The notes under the pieces: generated by a model
Databases searched by the model: none
The model's input: only the letters and a program-made list of their open reading frames with translations
What the model was told of the DNA's origin: nothing
Made by a program: the position numbers and the translations under genes
In this document: piece by piece, positions 45,000 through 53,016 of the stretch
Position numbering within the stretch: position 1 is the stretch's first letter
Layout: every line of letters begins with the position of its first letter
Source of the DNA: Dehalococcoidia bacterium
GTDB taxonomy: Bacteria; Chloroflexota; Dehalococcoidia; Lucifugimonadales; Australimonadaceae
DNA length: 64,000 bases
Direction of reading: 5' to 3'
NCBI GenBank assembly: GCA_965220655.1
Contig: CBDCQO010000012.1
Location: 368,268 to 432,267, forward strand

Positions 45000-45512
45000 G
45001 TGACTCGAACGCATTCACTACTGTCGCCGCGGTTCGCATTGGTTACATTGGCCGCTGCCGCTCTGGTGGGGCTCGCCCTCGCGGCGGCGCTTTCCACGAA
45101 TGAAGGCGCGCGCGCCGACGGTCACATCACCGGCGGGGAGACGCTTGTCGTCACGCCGAACGAAGCCGACTTCGTTCCGGGGACGCGCAGCTCTCGCACT
45201 GCGGTGTGGATCTACGGGTCCGGCTTCAACCCCGGTCAGAGCGTCCTCGTCCTGATCGCCGACCAGCGTGGCGTTGCCACGGACGTCGGTGCTCTCTCGG
45301 GCGTCGACGTGGTCGCCAACGACGACGGGGCCTTCGGGTTCGAGTGGACATTCGGCCGCTTCACCCGGACTGGCGTTGGCGGCGAGGGCATGCAGTCGGT
45401 CCGGGCTGTGGACGCCGGCTCGTTCGACGAACTGGCTACCGCTCCGCTTGCCCTCTGCAACCTCAGCGGCCGTGCCGAGGATGCGGAAGTCCCGAGCCAC
45501 TGCTCGGCGTAA
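45000..45512 (+). CDS. Secreted/anchored protein of unknown family, tandem paralogue 1
   Basis: GTG start after a GAAGGAGGA SD. N-terminal hydrophobic helix then A-R-A|DGH. Conserved GSGFxPG, NDDGAF, GRFTR, LALCNL, C-terminal HCSA. Confidence 0.75.
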   Translation: MTRTHSLLSPRFALVTLAAAALVGLALAAALSTNEGARADGHITGGETLVVTPNEADFVPGTRSSRTAVWIYGSGFNPGQSVLVLIADQRGVATDVGALSGVDVVANDDGAFGFEWTFGRFTRTGVGGEGMQSVRAVDAGSFDELATAPLALCNLSGRAEDAEVPSHCSA

Positions 45513-45550
45513 CCCCTACCCTTTGAAGATTCGTTGAGCAGGAGGACTCA

Positions 45551-46126
45551 GTGACAGCTGCTACCACAGTAACGAAACGGTCAGCGACCATCTGGATCGT
45601 TGCCGGTCTCATAGCCGGTCTGGCGCTCGCTATCGCGCTCTCTGCGTATCAGGGCGTGCGCGCGGACGGGCATGTGACGGGGACCGAAGCCATCGTGCTC
45701 GACAAGACCGAGGTCACTTTCGTACCGGGCACGAGCCGCTCAGGCGAGGAAGTCTGGATCCGCGGTTCCGGATTCACGCCGGGCAATGAGATCGAGCTCA
45801 TGGTGGCGGACTACCAGGGCGCGCTCTACATCATCAGCGCCTGCCGCTGGAACGACGAAGGTGAGTGCGACCCCGGTCGCTACCGCGACGGCGCGGGCAG
45901 TGTGTGGCCGCTCATCGTGAACGACGATGGTGCGTTCGCGACCAAGTGGCGCCTCGGACGCTTCACCCGCGCGAACGTAGGTGCAGAGCGTCTGGCGACC
46001 ATGTGGGCCGTGGAAAAGGCCAGCGGCGCTTTCCTGGCCAGCGCACCGATCGCTCTCTGCAACCTGACACGGAACGACGATCCTGAAGCGGAACCCGTAG
46101 AAGTCCCCAACTTCTGCTCGGCGTAA
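45551..46126 (+). CDS. Secreted/anchored protein of unknown family, tandem paralogue 2
   Basis: GTG start after a GCAGGAGGA SD. V-R-A|DGH. Same motif set plus an inserted Cys pair (ACRWNDEGEC). C-terminal FCSA. Confidence 0.75.
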   Translation: MTAATTVTKRSATIWIVAGLIAGLALAIALSAYQGVRADGHVTGTEAIVLDKTEVTFVPGTSRSGEEVWIRGSGFTPGNEIELMVADYQGALYIISACRWNDEGECDPGRYRDGAGSVWPLIVNDDGAFATKWRLGRFTRANVGAERLATMWAVEKASGAFLASAPIALCNLTRNDDPEAEPVEVPNFCSA

Positions 46127-46150
46127 GCGTAAGGTCCACAGGAGGTAATC

Positions 46151-46891
46151 GTGACTAAGGTAATCGCAACTCACCCCCGGGCCGTGGTTCTCACGCTTAT
46201 CGCCGCGGGGCTGCTGCTCGGCCTCATGGCGGGCAATGCCATCCTCTCCCCGAAGGCATCGGCCGACGGGCACGTCTCCGGCGTCGAGAGCGTCGTCACA
46301 GGAGACGTGGTCGTCAACCACCAATTAGGCGCGCGCTCGTCTCGTGTGCAGGTCCGCATCTGGGGCGCGGGCTTCGCTGCCGGACAGGAGGTCATCCTCC
46401 TTATCAATGACGGCCCCGGCACTCCTTCAGACATCACGAACTACGTGAGCAACAAGAGCGCCAACAATACGCTCGTTGCCAACGACCAGGGCGCATGGAC
46501 AACGGTGTGGACGCTCGGCCGCTTCACCCGCCAGCGCTCCGGCATCGGCCCCGGCGACGGCGACGTGGAGCGCGTGCGTACCCTCAGTGTCATCGATCCC
46601 GGTACGTTCGACGTCATCACCAGCACACCGTTGGCCTTCTGTCGCTTGAGCGACCGCGTCGCCCTCGCGGAGCGGATCGCCGGGATGGAGTCCGATCTGG
46701 CGCTCGTTCAGGCTGACAGGGACGAGGGACTGGGTGAGAAGCCGGTCAACGTCTCCGATGCTGCCTGGGCCCTCGCGACCGCGTTCTACCCCACCTACGA
46801 GGCACAACTCGATGCAGAGATTGCCGAACTGACGGCGGCCATAGCGTCCGCCAAGGAAGGTCAGGGCGTTCCCGACCACTGTCCTGCCTAG
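46151..46891 (+). CDS. Secreted/anchored protein of unknown family, tandem paralogue 3 (with helical insertion before the C-terminal Cys)
   Basis: GTG start after a CAGGAGG SD. A-S-A|DGH. GAGFAAG, NDQGAW, GRFTR, LAFCRL, about 70-aa Ala/Glu/Leu-rich insert, C-terminal HCPA. Confidence 0.75.
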   Translation: MTKVIATHPRAVVLTLIAAGLLLGLMAGNAILSPKASADGHVSGVESVVTGDVVVNHQLGARSSRVQVRIWGAGFAAGQEVILLINDGPGTPSDITNYVSNKSANNTLVANDQGAWTTVWTLGRFTRQRSGIGPGDGDVERVRTLSVIDPGTFDVITSTPLAFCRLSDRVALAERIAGMESDLALVQADRDEGLGEKPVNVSDAAWALATAFYPTYEAQLDAEIAELTAAIASAKEGQGVPDHCPA

Positions 46892-46918
46892 TAGGCCCCG
46901 GGACGTAAGGCGATACCC

Positions 46919-46953
46919 AGAAGCCCTCCGGTTCTCCGGAGGGCTTCTGCTTT
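46919..46953 (+). terminator. Intrinsic terminator of the secreted-paralogue operon
   Basis: 13-bp stem AGAAGCCCTCCGG / CCGGAGGGCTTCT, loop TTCT, followed by GCTTTG. Confidence 0.7.
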
Positions 46954-46963
46954 GCACCGCCAT

Positions 46964-46972
46964 TGCTAGAAT
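46964..46972 (+). promoter_or_regulatory. Extended -10 box TGCTAGAAT upstream of the acyl-CoA dehydrogenase gene
   Basis: TG at 46964-46965 and TAGAAT at 46967-46972. GAGG SD and ATG 47005 lie downstream. Confidence 0.45.
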
Positions 46973-47004
46973 GGCCCTTTCACTACTCGTACTGCGAGGC
47001 CCTC

Positions 47005-48171
47005 ATGCAACCCTACCGCGGCATAGACCTGCTGGATATCGAATCGCAACTCACCGATGACGAGCGCCAGGTGCGTGACACCGTTCGCGACTTCGTCGAG
47101 ACAGAGGCGATGCCTGCCGTCGTTCCCCACTTCCGCGAAGGCACATTCCCACTGGAACTCGTCCCGCGCATGGGCGACCTGGGCCTCTTCGGCGCCCACC
47201 TGGAGGGTTACGGCTGCGCCGGACTCGGCCCGGTGGCCTACGGCCTCGTCATGCAGGAGCTGGAGCGCGCCGACTCCGGTTACCGCTCCTTCGCGTCTGT
47301 CCAGTCCTCTCTGGCGATGACCGCCATCCATGAGTTCGGCACCGAGGAACATCGCGAGCGCTACCTGCCCGACATGGCTGCAGGCCGCGTTCTCGGCGCA
47401 TTCGGGCTCACCGAGGCCGACCACGGCTCCGATCCGGCCGGGATGGAGACGCACGCTGTCGAAACTGCGGATGGCTTCACGCTCAACGGCGGGAAGATGT
47501 GGATCACGAATGCCGGCATCGCCGATGTCGTGGTGGTCTGGGCGAAGCTGGGCGACGCGATACGAGGCTTCCTCGTGGACACGACCCTGCCGGGCGTCCG
47601 GCGGGAGGACATCCACAACAAACTCTCGATGCGGATGAGCGTAACCAGCGCACTCTTCCTGGAAGACGTGCGCGTGGGAGAAGATGCGTTGCTCCCCGGC
47701 ACGCGCGGTCTGGGCTCCGCGCTGGCTTGCCTCAACGCGGCGCGCTACAGCATCGTCTGGGGCGTCTGCGGGGCGGCTGCTGACTGCCTGCACACCGCTA
47801 TCGAATACACGAAGGAGCGGGAGCAGTTCGGACGTCCGCTTGCGTCCTTCCAGCTCGTGCAGCAGAAGCTTGCGGACATGGCCACGTCACTCTCGAAGGC
47901 GCAGTTGCTGGCGTTGCAGTTGGGGCGACTGAAGGCCGCGGGGACGCTGCACTGGTCGCACGTCAGCATGGCGAAGTACAGCAACACCCTCGCGGCGCTG
48001 GAGATCGCGCGCACCAGCCGGGACTTGCTCGGCGCGGCCGGCATCACCGACGACCTCTCCCCGATGCGCCACGCGATGAACCTGGAGACGGTGCACACCT
48101 ACGAGGGCACGCAGCACATGCACCAGCTCATCCTGGGGCGTCACCTGACCGGCATCAACGCCATCTCGTGA
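47005..48171 (+). CDS. gcdH: Glutaryl-CoA dehydrogenase-like acyl-CoA dehydrogenase
   Basis: Start MQPYRGIDLLDIESQLTDDERQVRD. GAFGLTEADHGSDPAGMET..GGKMWITNAGIADVVVVWAK closely resembles GCDH signatures. Confidence 0.8.
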   Translation: MQPYRGIDLLDIESQLTDDERQVRDTVRDFVETEAMPAVVPHFREGTFPLELVPRMGDLGLFGAHLEGYGCAGLGPVAYGLVMQELERADSGYRSFASVQSSLAMTAIHEFGTEEHRERYLPDMAAGRVLGAFGLTEADHGSDPAGMETHAVETADGFTLNGGKMWITNAGIADVVVVWAKLGDAIRGFLVDTTLPGVRREDIHNKLSMRMSVTSALFLEDVRVGEDALLPGTRGLGSALACLNAARYSIVWGVCGAAADCLHTAIEYTKEREQFGRPLASFQLVQQKLADMATSLSKAQLLALQLGRLKAAGTLHWSHVSMAKYSNTLAALEIARTSRDLLGAAGITDDLSPMRHAMNLETVHTYEGTQHMHQLILGRHLTGINAIS

Positions 48172-48237
48172 CTGGCGACAGGCAGGTTTGCCTCATGCGC
48201 TCCCCGGGCGGATAATCGATCTGCAGGAGGAGGGTCG

Positions 48238-49203
48238 ATGAAAGCGGTTCGGTTCCACGAGTTCGGCGGTCCGGAAGTGCTCCGCCTCGAAGACGTCCCC
48301 GACCCTGAACCCGGCGATGGCGATGTGCTCGTGCGGCTTGCGGCCGCCGGCGTCAACCCTACGGATGCTTCGCGGCGCGCCGGACGCATGGGTCAGGACA
48401 TCGGCTTCCCCGCCATGCTCGGCGTAGAAGGGGCGGGCGTCGTTACGCGGGTCAGCGGGGACGTGACGTCGGTGAGCGAGGGCGACCGGGTCATCGTACG
48501 TCAGCACTTGCACACGTATGCGGAACTGATCGCCGTTCCCGAGCACGCCGTGTTTCCAGTGCCGGGCAACCTCAGCCTCGTTGAAGCCTCGACGCTCGCC
48601 ATCATCTATACGACCGCATGGGCAGCGCTCTGTGTCCGCGGCGGTGCAAAAGAGGGCGACACCGTCCTCGTGCAGGCCGCCGCGAGTGGCTGCGGCATCG
48701 CCGCCATCCAGCTGGCGAAGCAGTTGGGGATGACCGTGCTTGGTACCGCAAGCAGCGCCGAGAAGCTCGAATGGGCGGCCCAGTACGGGCTGGACCACGG
48801 CATCAACTACGTTGAGCAGGACTTCGTCGAGGAGGCGAAACGGCTCACGGACGGGCGCGGCGTGGACGTCATAGTCGACGGCATCGGCGGTGACGTTCTG
48901 GCCAGAGGCCTCGGAGCCCTTGCACGCGGCGGACGGCTCACCGTGTTCGGGGCTGCGGGTGGCCGGGAAACGACGTTGCCGATCGCCAGCCTGTACCGCG
49001 GTCCGGTCTCGATAACCGGCGCTGGCGCGGCACTCACGCCGCGGGAGGACTTCGAGACGATCCTCGGTTGGTTCGCCGAGGGCAAGCTCAGGCCGACGAT
49101 GGACCGCACGTGGCCGCTCGCCGAGGCTGTCGAGGCCCACCGCTACCAGGAATCCCGCCAGATCAAGGGTAAGAGCGCGCTGGTCATCAGCGAGGACAAC
49201 TGA
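48238..49203 (+). CDS. NADPH:quinone oxidoreductase (zeta-crystallin-type MDR, Zn-free)
   Basis: MKAVRFHEFGGPEVL..AAGVNPTD and AAASGCG dinucleotide motif. No catalytic-Zn ligands. Confidence 0.8.
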   Translation: MKAVRFHEFGGPEVLRLEDVPDPEPGDGDVLVRLAAAGVNPTDASRRAGRMGQDIGFPAMLGVEGAGVVTRVSGDVTSVSEGDRVIVRQHLHTYAELIAVPEHAVFPVPGNLSLVEASTLAIIYTTAWAALCVRGGAKEGDTVLVQAAASGCGIAAIQLAKQLGMTVLGTASSAEKLEWAAQYGLDHGINYVEQDFVEEAKRLTDGRGVDVIVDGIGGDVLARGLGALARGGRLTVFGAAGGRETTLPIASLYRGPVSITGAGAALTPREDFETILGWFAEGKLRPTMDRTWPLAEAVEAHRYQESRQIKGKSALVISEDN

Positions 49204-49224
49204 CCCGCACGAAGGAGGAAGGCA

Positions 49225-49986
49225 ATGGCATCCGAGTGGGTGAGCATAGACGTTGACGGCAAGCGGGTGGACGCATACCTCGCTCTGCCGGATGCTCCCG
49301 GCCCGCACCCCGGCGTTGTCGTGGCCATGCACGTATTCGGCATCGACCGGTTCGTGCGGGAGAAGTGCGACGGGCTCGCTGAGGCGGGCTATGCCGTTAT
49401 CGCGCCGTACCTCTTCCATCGCTCCGACGTGACGAATGAACAGCTGACGGGATACGCCTTTGAGGATCCAACTCGCCGCGCGGTCGCGATGCCGCTGAAG
49501 GACAGCCTGCGCGACGACGAACTGCTGCAGGACATGCTCGCGGGGTTGGAACGCCTGCGGGGACTGCCGGACGTGTCCGGGCCGTTCGGCGTTACCGGCT
49601 TCTGCATCGGCGGGCGCATCGCCTACATGCTCGCGGTGCGGACGGATGAGTTCGCCGCATGCGCCAACTTCTACGGCGTGGACGTGGACCTTCCATGGGG
49701 AGACGGGCCCGACCCGCTGAGCCTCACGGTGAACCTCGATTGCCCGCTCATCGGCTTCTTCGGCGATCTGGACGAGAACCCTGCGCCACCCGCCGTGGAC
49801 AAGCTGGAAGGCGTGCTCCGGGCTGAGGGCAAGCCTTTTACCTTCCACCGCTACCCCGATGGTCAGCATGCCTTCAACGACCCATACAACCCGGTGCGGT
49901 ACAACCCTGAGGTATCCGCCGACTCGTGGCCGAAGCTCATCGGCTTCTTCGACAGCGCACTGAAAGCGAGGGAGCCCGTCGCATGA
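49225..49986 (+). CDS. Dienelactone hydrolase family protein (paralogue of 24128..24898)
   Basis: MASEWVSIDVDG..GVVVAMHVFG..GFCIGG. Collinear with the other DLH. Confidence 0.8.
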   Translation: MASEWVSIDVDGKRVDAYLALPDAPGPHPGVVVAMHVFGIDRFVREKCDGLAEAGYAVIAPYLFHRSDVTNEQLTGYAFEDPTRRAVAMPLKDSLRDDELLQDMLAGLERLRGLPDVSGPFGVTGFCIGGRIAYMLAVRTDEFAACANFYGVDVDLPWGDGPDPLSLTVNLDCPLIGFFGDLDENPAPPAVDKLEGVLRAEGKPFTFHRYPDGQHAFNDPYNPVRYNPEVSADSWPKLIGFFDSALKAREPVA

Positions 49987-50522
49987 CCGCCGTCGTCGGC
50001 ATATTCGAGCACCGTACGGCTGCCGTTGCCGCCGAGCAGCTGCTGGAGGAGGCCGGTTTCGGCGACCGCACGGGGGTCACCTACGTGCTGCCGGACGACA
50101 GCTCTACGCCTCCGCGCCTGAAGCGGCGGGGTGAGAGCATGCTGCGAGCGGCGATAAAGTGGGGCATCTGGGGCTCGCTCATCATCGAAGTGCCGTCGCT
50201 CATCGCACTGCTGGTCTATCCGATGGACATCAACGTGAAGATCCTGCTGGCCGCGACGGTCTGGAAGTTCGGCGCGGCGTTCGGTTCCTGGATCGGGGCC
50301 ATGTCCGCCGGCGAAGAGGGGCTCGACGACGAGCACGCTGCCGAATACGAGGCGCTCCTCGCCGCAGGGTATGCGCTCATCGCCGTTGACGTTCGAGCGC
50401 GCCATCGCCCCGGCATACGCGGAGCACTGCTGGAGAGCGGCGCACTGAGCCTGCGGGACGTGCGCGGGTCGTTCGTGCTCAAGCAGCCCCCTCGTCCTAA
50501 ACGAGTCCACGTTTCCTCATAG
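49983..50522 (+). CDS. Membrane protein with YflT/general-stress-17M-like soluble repeats
   Basis: ATGA overlap with the DLH stop. VVGIFEHRTAAVAAEQLLEEAGF N-terminal module, two TM segments, then a second similar module. Confidence 0.5.
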   Translation: MTAVVGIFEHRTAAVAAEQLLEEAGFGDRTGVTYVLPDDSSTPPRLKRRGESMLRAAIKWGIWGSLIIEVPSLIALLVYPMDINVKILLAATVWKFGAAFGSWIGAMSAGEEGLDDEHAAEYEALLAAGYALIAVDVRARHRPGIRGALLESGALSLRDVRGSFVLKQPPRPKRVHVSS

Positions 50523-50543
50523 GTCAGGACGCAGCCCCGTCGC

Positions 50544-50987
50544 TTACCGGTCGAGCCGTTTCGCCATCGGCACGTGGTCTATGCCTGCCTCCACGAACCC
50601 GGGCCCCGTAACCGCGTACCCGTGCCGCTCGTAGAGCGCCTGCACGTAGGTCTGCGAGTGCAGGCCCACCTCGGCGATGCCAAGCCTGCGAGCCTCGTAT
50701 TCCAGCGCGGCTAGCAGCAGCCCCGCGATACCGCGACGACGCCACGCGGGCAGCACTGCGACGCGCCCTATGCGCGCTTCGCCGTCCCGCGTCAGCCGCG
50801 CCGTGCCGATGACTGCCGTCCCATCTCTCGCGACGACGTGCACGGCACCGTCGTCCGCGTCGTCGCGCTCGAGTTCCGGCGGTACGCCCTGCTCGAGGAT
50901 GAAGACCTCGTGCCGCACCGCGAACGCGCCATGCATATCGTCGTCGCTCGACGCCACCCGAACCTCGATGCTCTGCTGTCCGGCCAT
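50544..50987 (-). CDS. GNAT-family N-acetyltransferase
   Basis: 147 aa. RVAVLPAWRRRGIAGLLL acetyl-CoA (Q/RxxGxG/A) motif. Confidence 0.8.
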   Translation of the reverse strand: MAGQQSIEVRVASSDDDMHGAFAVRHEVFILEQGVPPELERDDADDGAVHVVARDGTAVIGTARLTRDGEARIGRVAVLPAWRRRGIAGLLLAALEYEARRLGIAEVGLHSQTYVQALYERHGYAVTGPGFVEAGIDHVPMAKRLDR

Positions 50988-50993
50988 GCCGCG

Positions 50994-50999
50994 ATTATA
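50994..50999 (-). promoter_or_regulatory. Perfect TATAAT box 6 nt upstream of the GNAT ATG (leaderless geometry)
   Basis: Minus strand reads TATAAT cgcggc ATG. No SD is possible. Confidence 0.45.
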
Positions 51000-51009
51000 G
51001 GAGCACGGC

Positions 51010-51015
51010 TATAAT
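51010..51015 (+). promoter_or_regulatory. Perfect TATAAT box for the MetE-like gene
   Basis: TATAAT at 51010-51015. GGAG SD at about 51033 and ATG at 51044. Confidence 0.45.
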
Positions 51016-51043
51016 CCGGTTCACCCTTCCCCGGAGCGCTTCC

Positions 51044-52189
51044 ATGAAACTCTCTACAGACCGCATCCTCACGACCCACGTCGGCAGCCTGCCGCGTCCG
51101 GACGACGTCGCCGCGCTGCTCCTCAAGAAGGAGCGCGAGGAAGAGTACGACGCCGGTGAGCTGGACGGGCTCGTGCGGCAGGGGGTCGCCGATATCGTCG
51201 CGCGGCAGCACGCCGCGGGCGTCGACATCGTGAGCGACGGCGAGATGAGCAAGGTCGCCTACTCCACCTACGCCAAGGACCGGCTCACCGGCTTCGAGGG
51301 AGACAGCGCGCGCCGCCCCAACCTGGACGTGGCGCCGTACCCGGACTTCCGCGCCAAGATGGCGCGCATGACCGGCGACCAGCCGATGCGCCGCCCGCAG
51401 TGCGTCGGGCCGGTGGAGGTGAAGGACCGGGAGCCGCTGCGGAAAGACCTCGAGAACTTCAAGGCAGGGCTCGAAGGCGCGGGCGTCACCGATGCGTTCA
51501 TGACCTCGTCCTCGCCGGGCGTGGCCTCCGTCTTCATGCCTAACGCTTACTACCCGACGCACGAGGCGTACATAGATGCGCTGGGGGCGGCGATGCAGGA
51601 GGAGTACGAAGCCATCGTCGGGGCGGGGTTCGTGCTGCAGGTGGACTGCCCCGACCTCGCGATGGCGTTCCACACCGGCTTCCAGGGACTGACCGAGGAG
51701 GAGTTCCTCCGCCGTGCCGAGCACCACATCGACGTGCTGAACGGGGCGCTGGAGAACGTGCCCGCAGAGTCGGTGCGGATGCACGTCTGCTGGGGCAACT
51801 ACGAGGGGCCTCACGACTACGATATCGCCGTATCCAAGATCATGCCCATCGTCCTGCGGGCGAAGCCTTCCGCCATCCTGTTCGAGGCGTCGAACCCGCG
51901 CCACGCTCACGAGTGGAAGGAGTGGCGCGACGCCGACATCCCCGACGACAAGGTGCTGGTCCCCGGGGTGCTCGACTCCACCAGCAACTTCGTGGAGCAC
52001 CCGGAACTGGTGGCGCAGCGCATCGAGACGTTCGCCGCCATCGTGGGGCGCGAGCGGGTGCTCGCGGGGTCGGACTGCGGCTTCGGCACGTTCGCGGGCT
52101 ACGGGAAGATGGACCCGGAGATCATCTTCCGCAAGCTGGAGTCGCTGGCGGAAGGCGCCGCCATCGCCTCCGAGCGGCTGTGGGGGTAG
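51044..52189 (+). CDS. Cobalamin-independent methionine-synthase-like protein (Meth_synt_2, single catalytic domain)
   Basis: 381 aa. THVGSLPRP N-terminus, ..VCWGN.. and ..GSDCGF.. Zn-ligand-like motifs. Confidence 0.75.
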   Translation: MKLSTDRILTTHVGSLPRPDDVAALLLKKEREEEYDAGELDGLVRQGVADIVARQHAAGVDIVSDGEMSKVAYSTYAKDRLTGFEGDSARRPNLDVAPYPDFRAKMARMTGDQPMRRPQCVGPVEVKDREPLRKDLENFKAGLEGAGVTDAFMTSSSPGVASVFMPNAYYPTHEAYIDALGAAMQEEYEAIVGAGFVLQVDCPDLAMAFHTGFQGLTEEEFLRRAEHHIDVLNGALENVPAESVRMHVCWGNYEGPHDYDIAVSKIMPIVLRAKPSAILFEASNPRHAHEWKEWRDADIPDDKVLVPGVLDSTSNFVEHPELVAQRIETFAAIVGRERVLAGSDCGFGTFAGYGKMDPEIIFRKLESLAEGAAIASERLWG

Positions 52190-52193
52190 GCCA

Positions 52194-52239
52194 CCCGAGA
52201 GATGTTTCGACTCCGCCTGCGGCTACGCTCAACATGACA
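52194..52239. repeat. Dispersed repeat, family B (copy 1)
   Basis: cccgagagatgtttcgactccgcctgcggctacgctcaacatgaca. 44/46 identical to 55383..55428. Confidence 0.8.
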
Positions 52240-52320
52240 AGGGCAGCGCCTGCGGAGCCGGAAGGCCCTCACCTGCCGCGCAAGCGCGTCGACCTCTCCC
52301 TCAGGAGAGGTGGAGAGCGA

Positions 52321-52346
52321 GATTCCCGCCTTCGCGAGAATGACGG
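52321..52346. repeat. Dispersed repeat, family C (copy 1)
   Basis: gattcccgccttcgcgagaatgacgg. Similar to 55478..55503 (gattcccgccggtgcgggaatgacgg), with an internal hairpin. Confidence 0.6.
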
Positions 52347-52354
52347 GTTGAGTG

Positions 52355-52978
52355 CTAGCGCGACGCCTTCAGCAGGACGGTGCGGTCGTTGATCTCGACC
52401 GCCTCGACGGTGGGGAAGCCGGCTTCCTTCAGCCACTGGACGTGCATGTCCACGCCGCCCGCCTGCGCCGCGTAGTCCAGGTTGGCGAACATGCCGCCGT
52501 CGGTGATGAGGTCGTGGATGTCCTTGTAGATGCCGGCGATGAGGCCGTCGTCGTACATGTTGTGGATGGCGATGGCGGACATCACGAAGTCGAACGGCCC
52601 ACCGAGCCCGGACGCCCAGTCGCGCTGTGAGAAGTCGCTCTTGACGTAGGCCGTGCGGTCCGCGTAGGCCGCGAGGCGCTCCTTCGCGTGGCCGAACATC
52701 GGCTCGGAGATGTCCTGCAGCGTGACGTGGGCGTTAGGGAACTTCGCCAGCAGGTGGCCGGAGAGCAGGCCGTAGCCGGAGCCGACGTCCAGGGCGCGGA
52801 TGGCCTGATCCGTGGGGAAGGGCGCGGCATCCACGGTCGCCTGAATCATGGGCCCGCGCTGGTCCTGCCTGCCGTCATCGCGCGTGACCCAATTGTCGAC
52901 GAACTGCTGCTCCTCCCACTGCTCCGGCACGTCGTGCGTCTGCGCCCATGCAGCCTTCTGGTGGCGGTCGGTGGTCAT
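52355..52978 (-). CDS. Class I SAM-dependent methyltransferase
   Basis: ALDVGSGYGLLSG motif I and LQDISEPM motif II. Confidence 0.8.
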   Translation of the reverse strand: MTTDRHQKAAWAQTHDVPEQWEEQQFVDNWVTRDDGRQDQRGPMIQATVDAAPFPTDQAIRALDVGSGYGLLSGHLLAKFPNAHVTLQDISEPMFGHAKERLAAYADRTAYVKSDFSQRDWASGLGGPFDFVMSAIAIHNMYDDGLIAGIYKDIHDLITDGGMFANLDYAAQAGGVDMHVQWLKEAGFPTVEAVEINDRTVLLKASR

Positions 52979-53016
52979 GGTCCTGTTCTCCTTATCTGAG
53001 CACCCTCACCGGACGG

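Noticed and set aside
50988-51043. Riboswitch (SAM or cobalamin) upstream of the MetE-like gene
   Set aside because: The intergenic region is only 56 nt and is occupied by two -10 boxes and an SD. There is no room for an aptamer.
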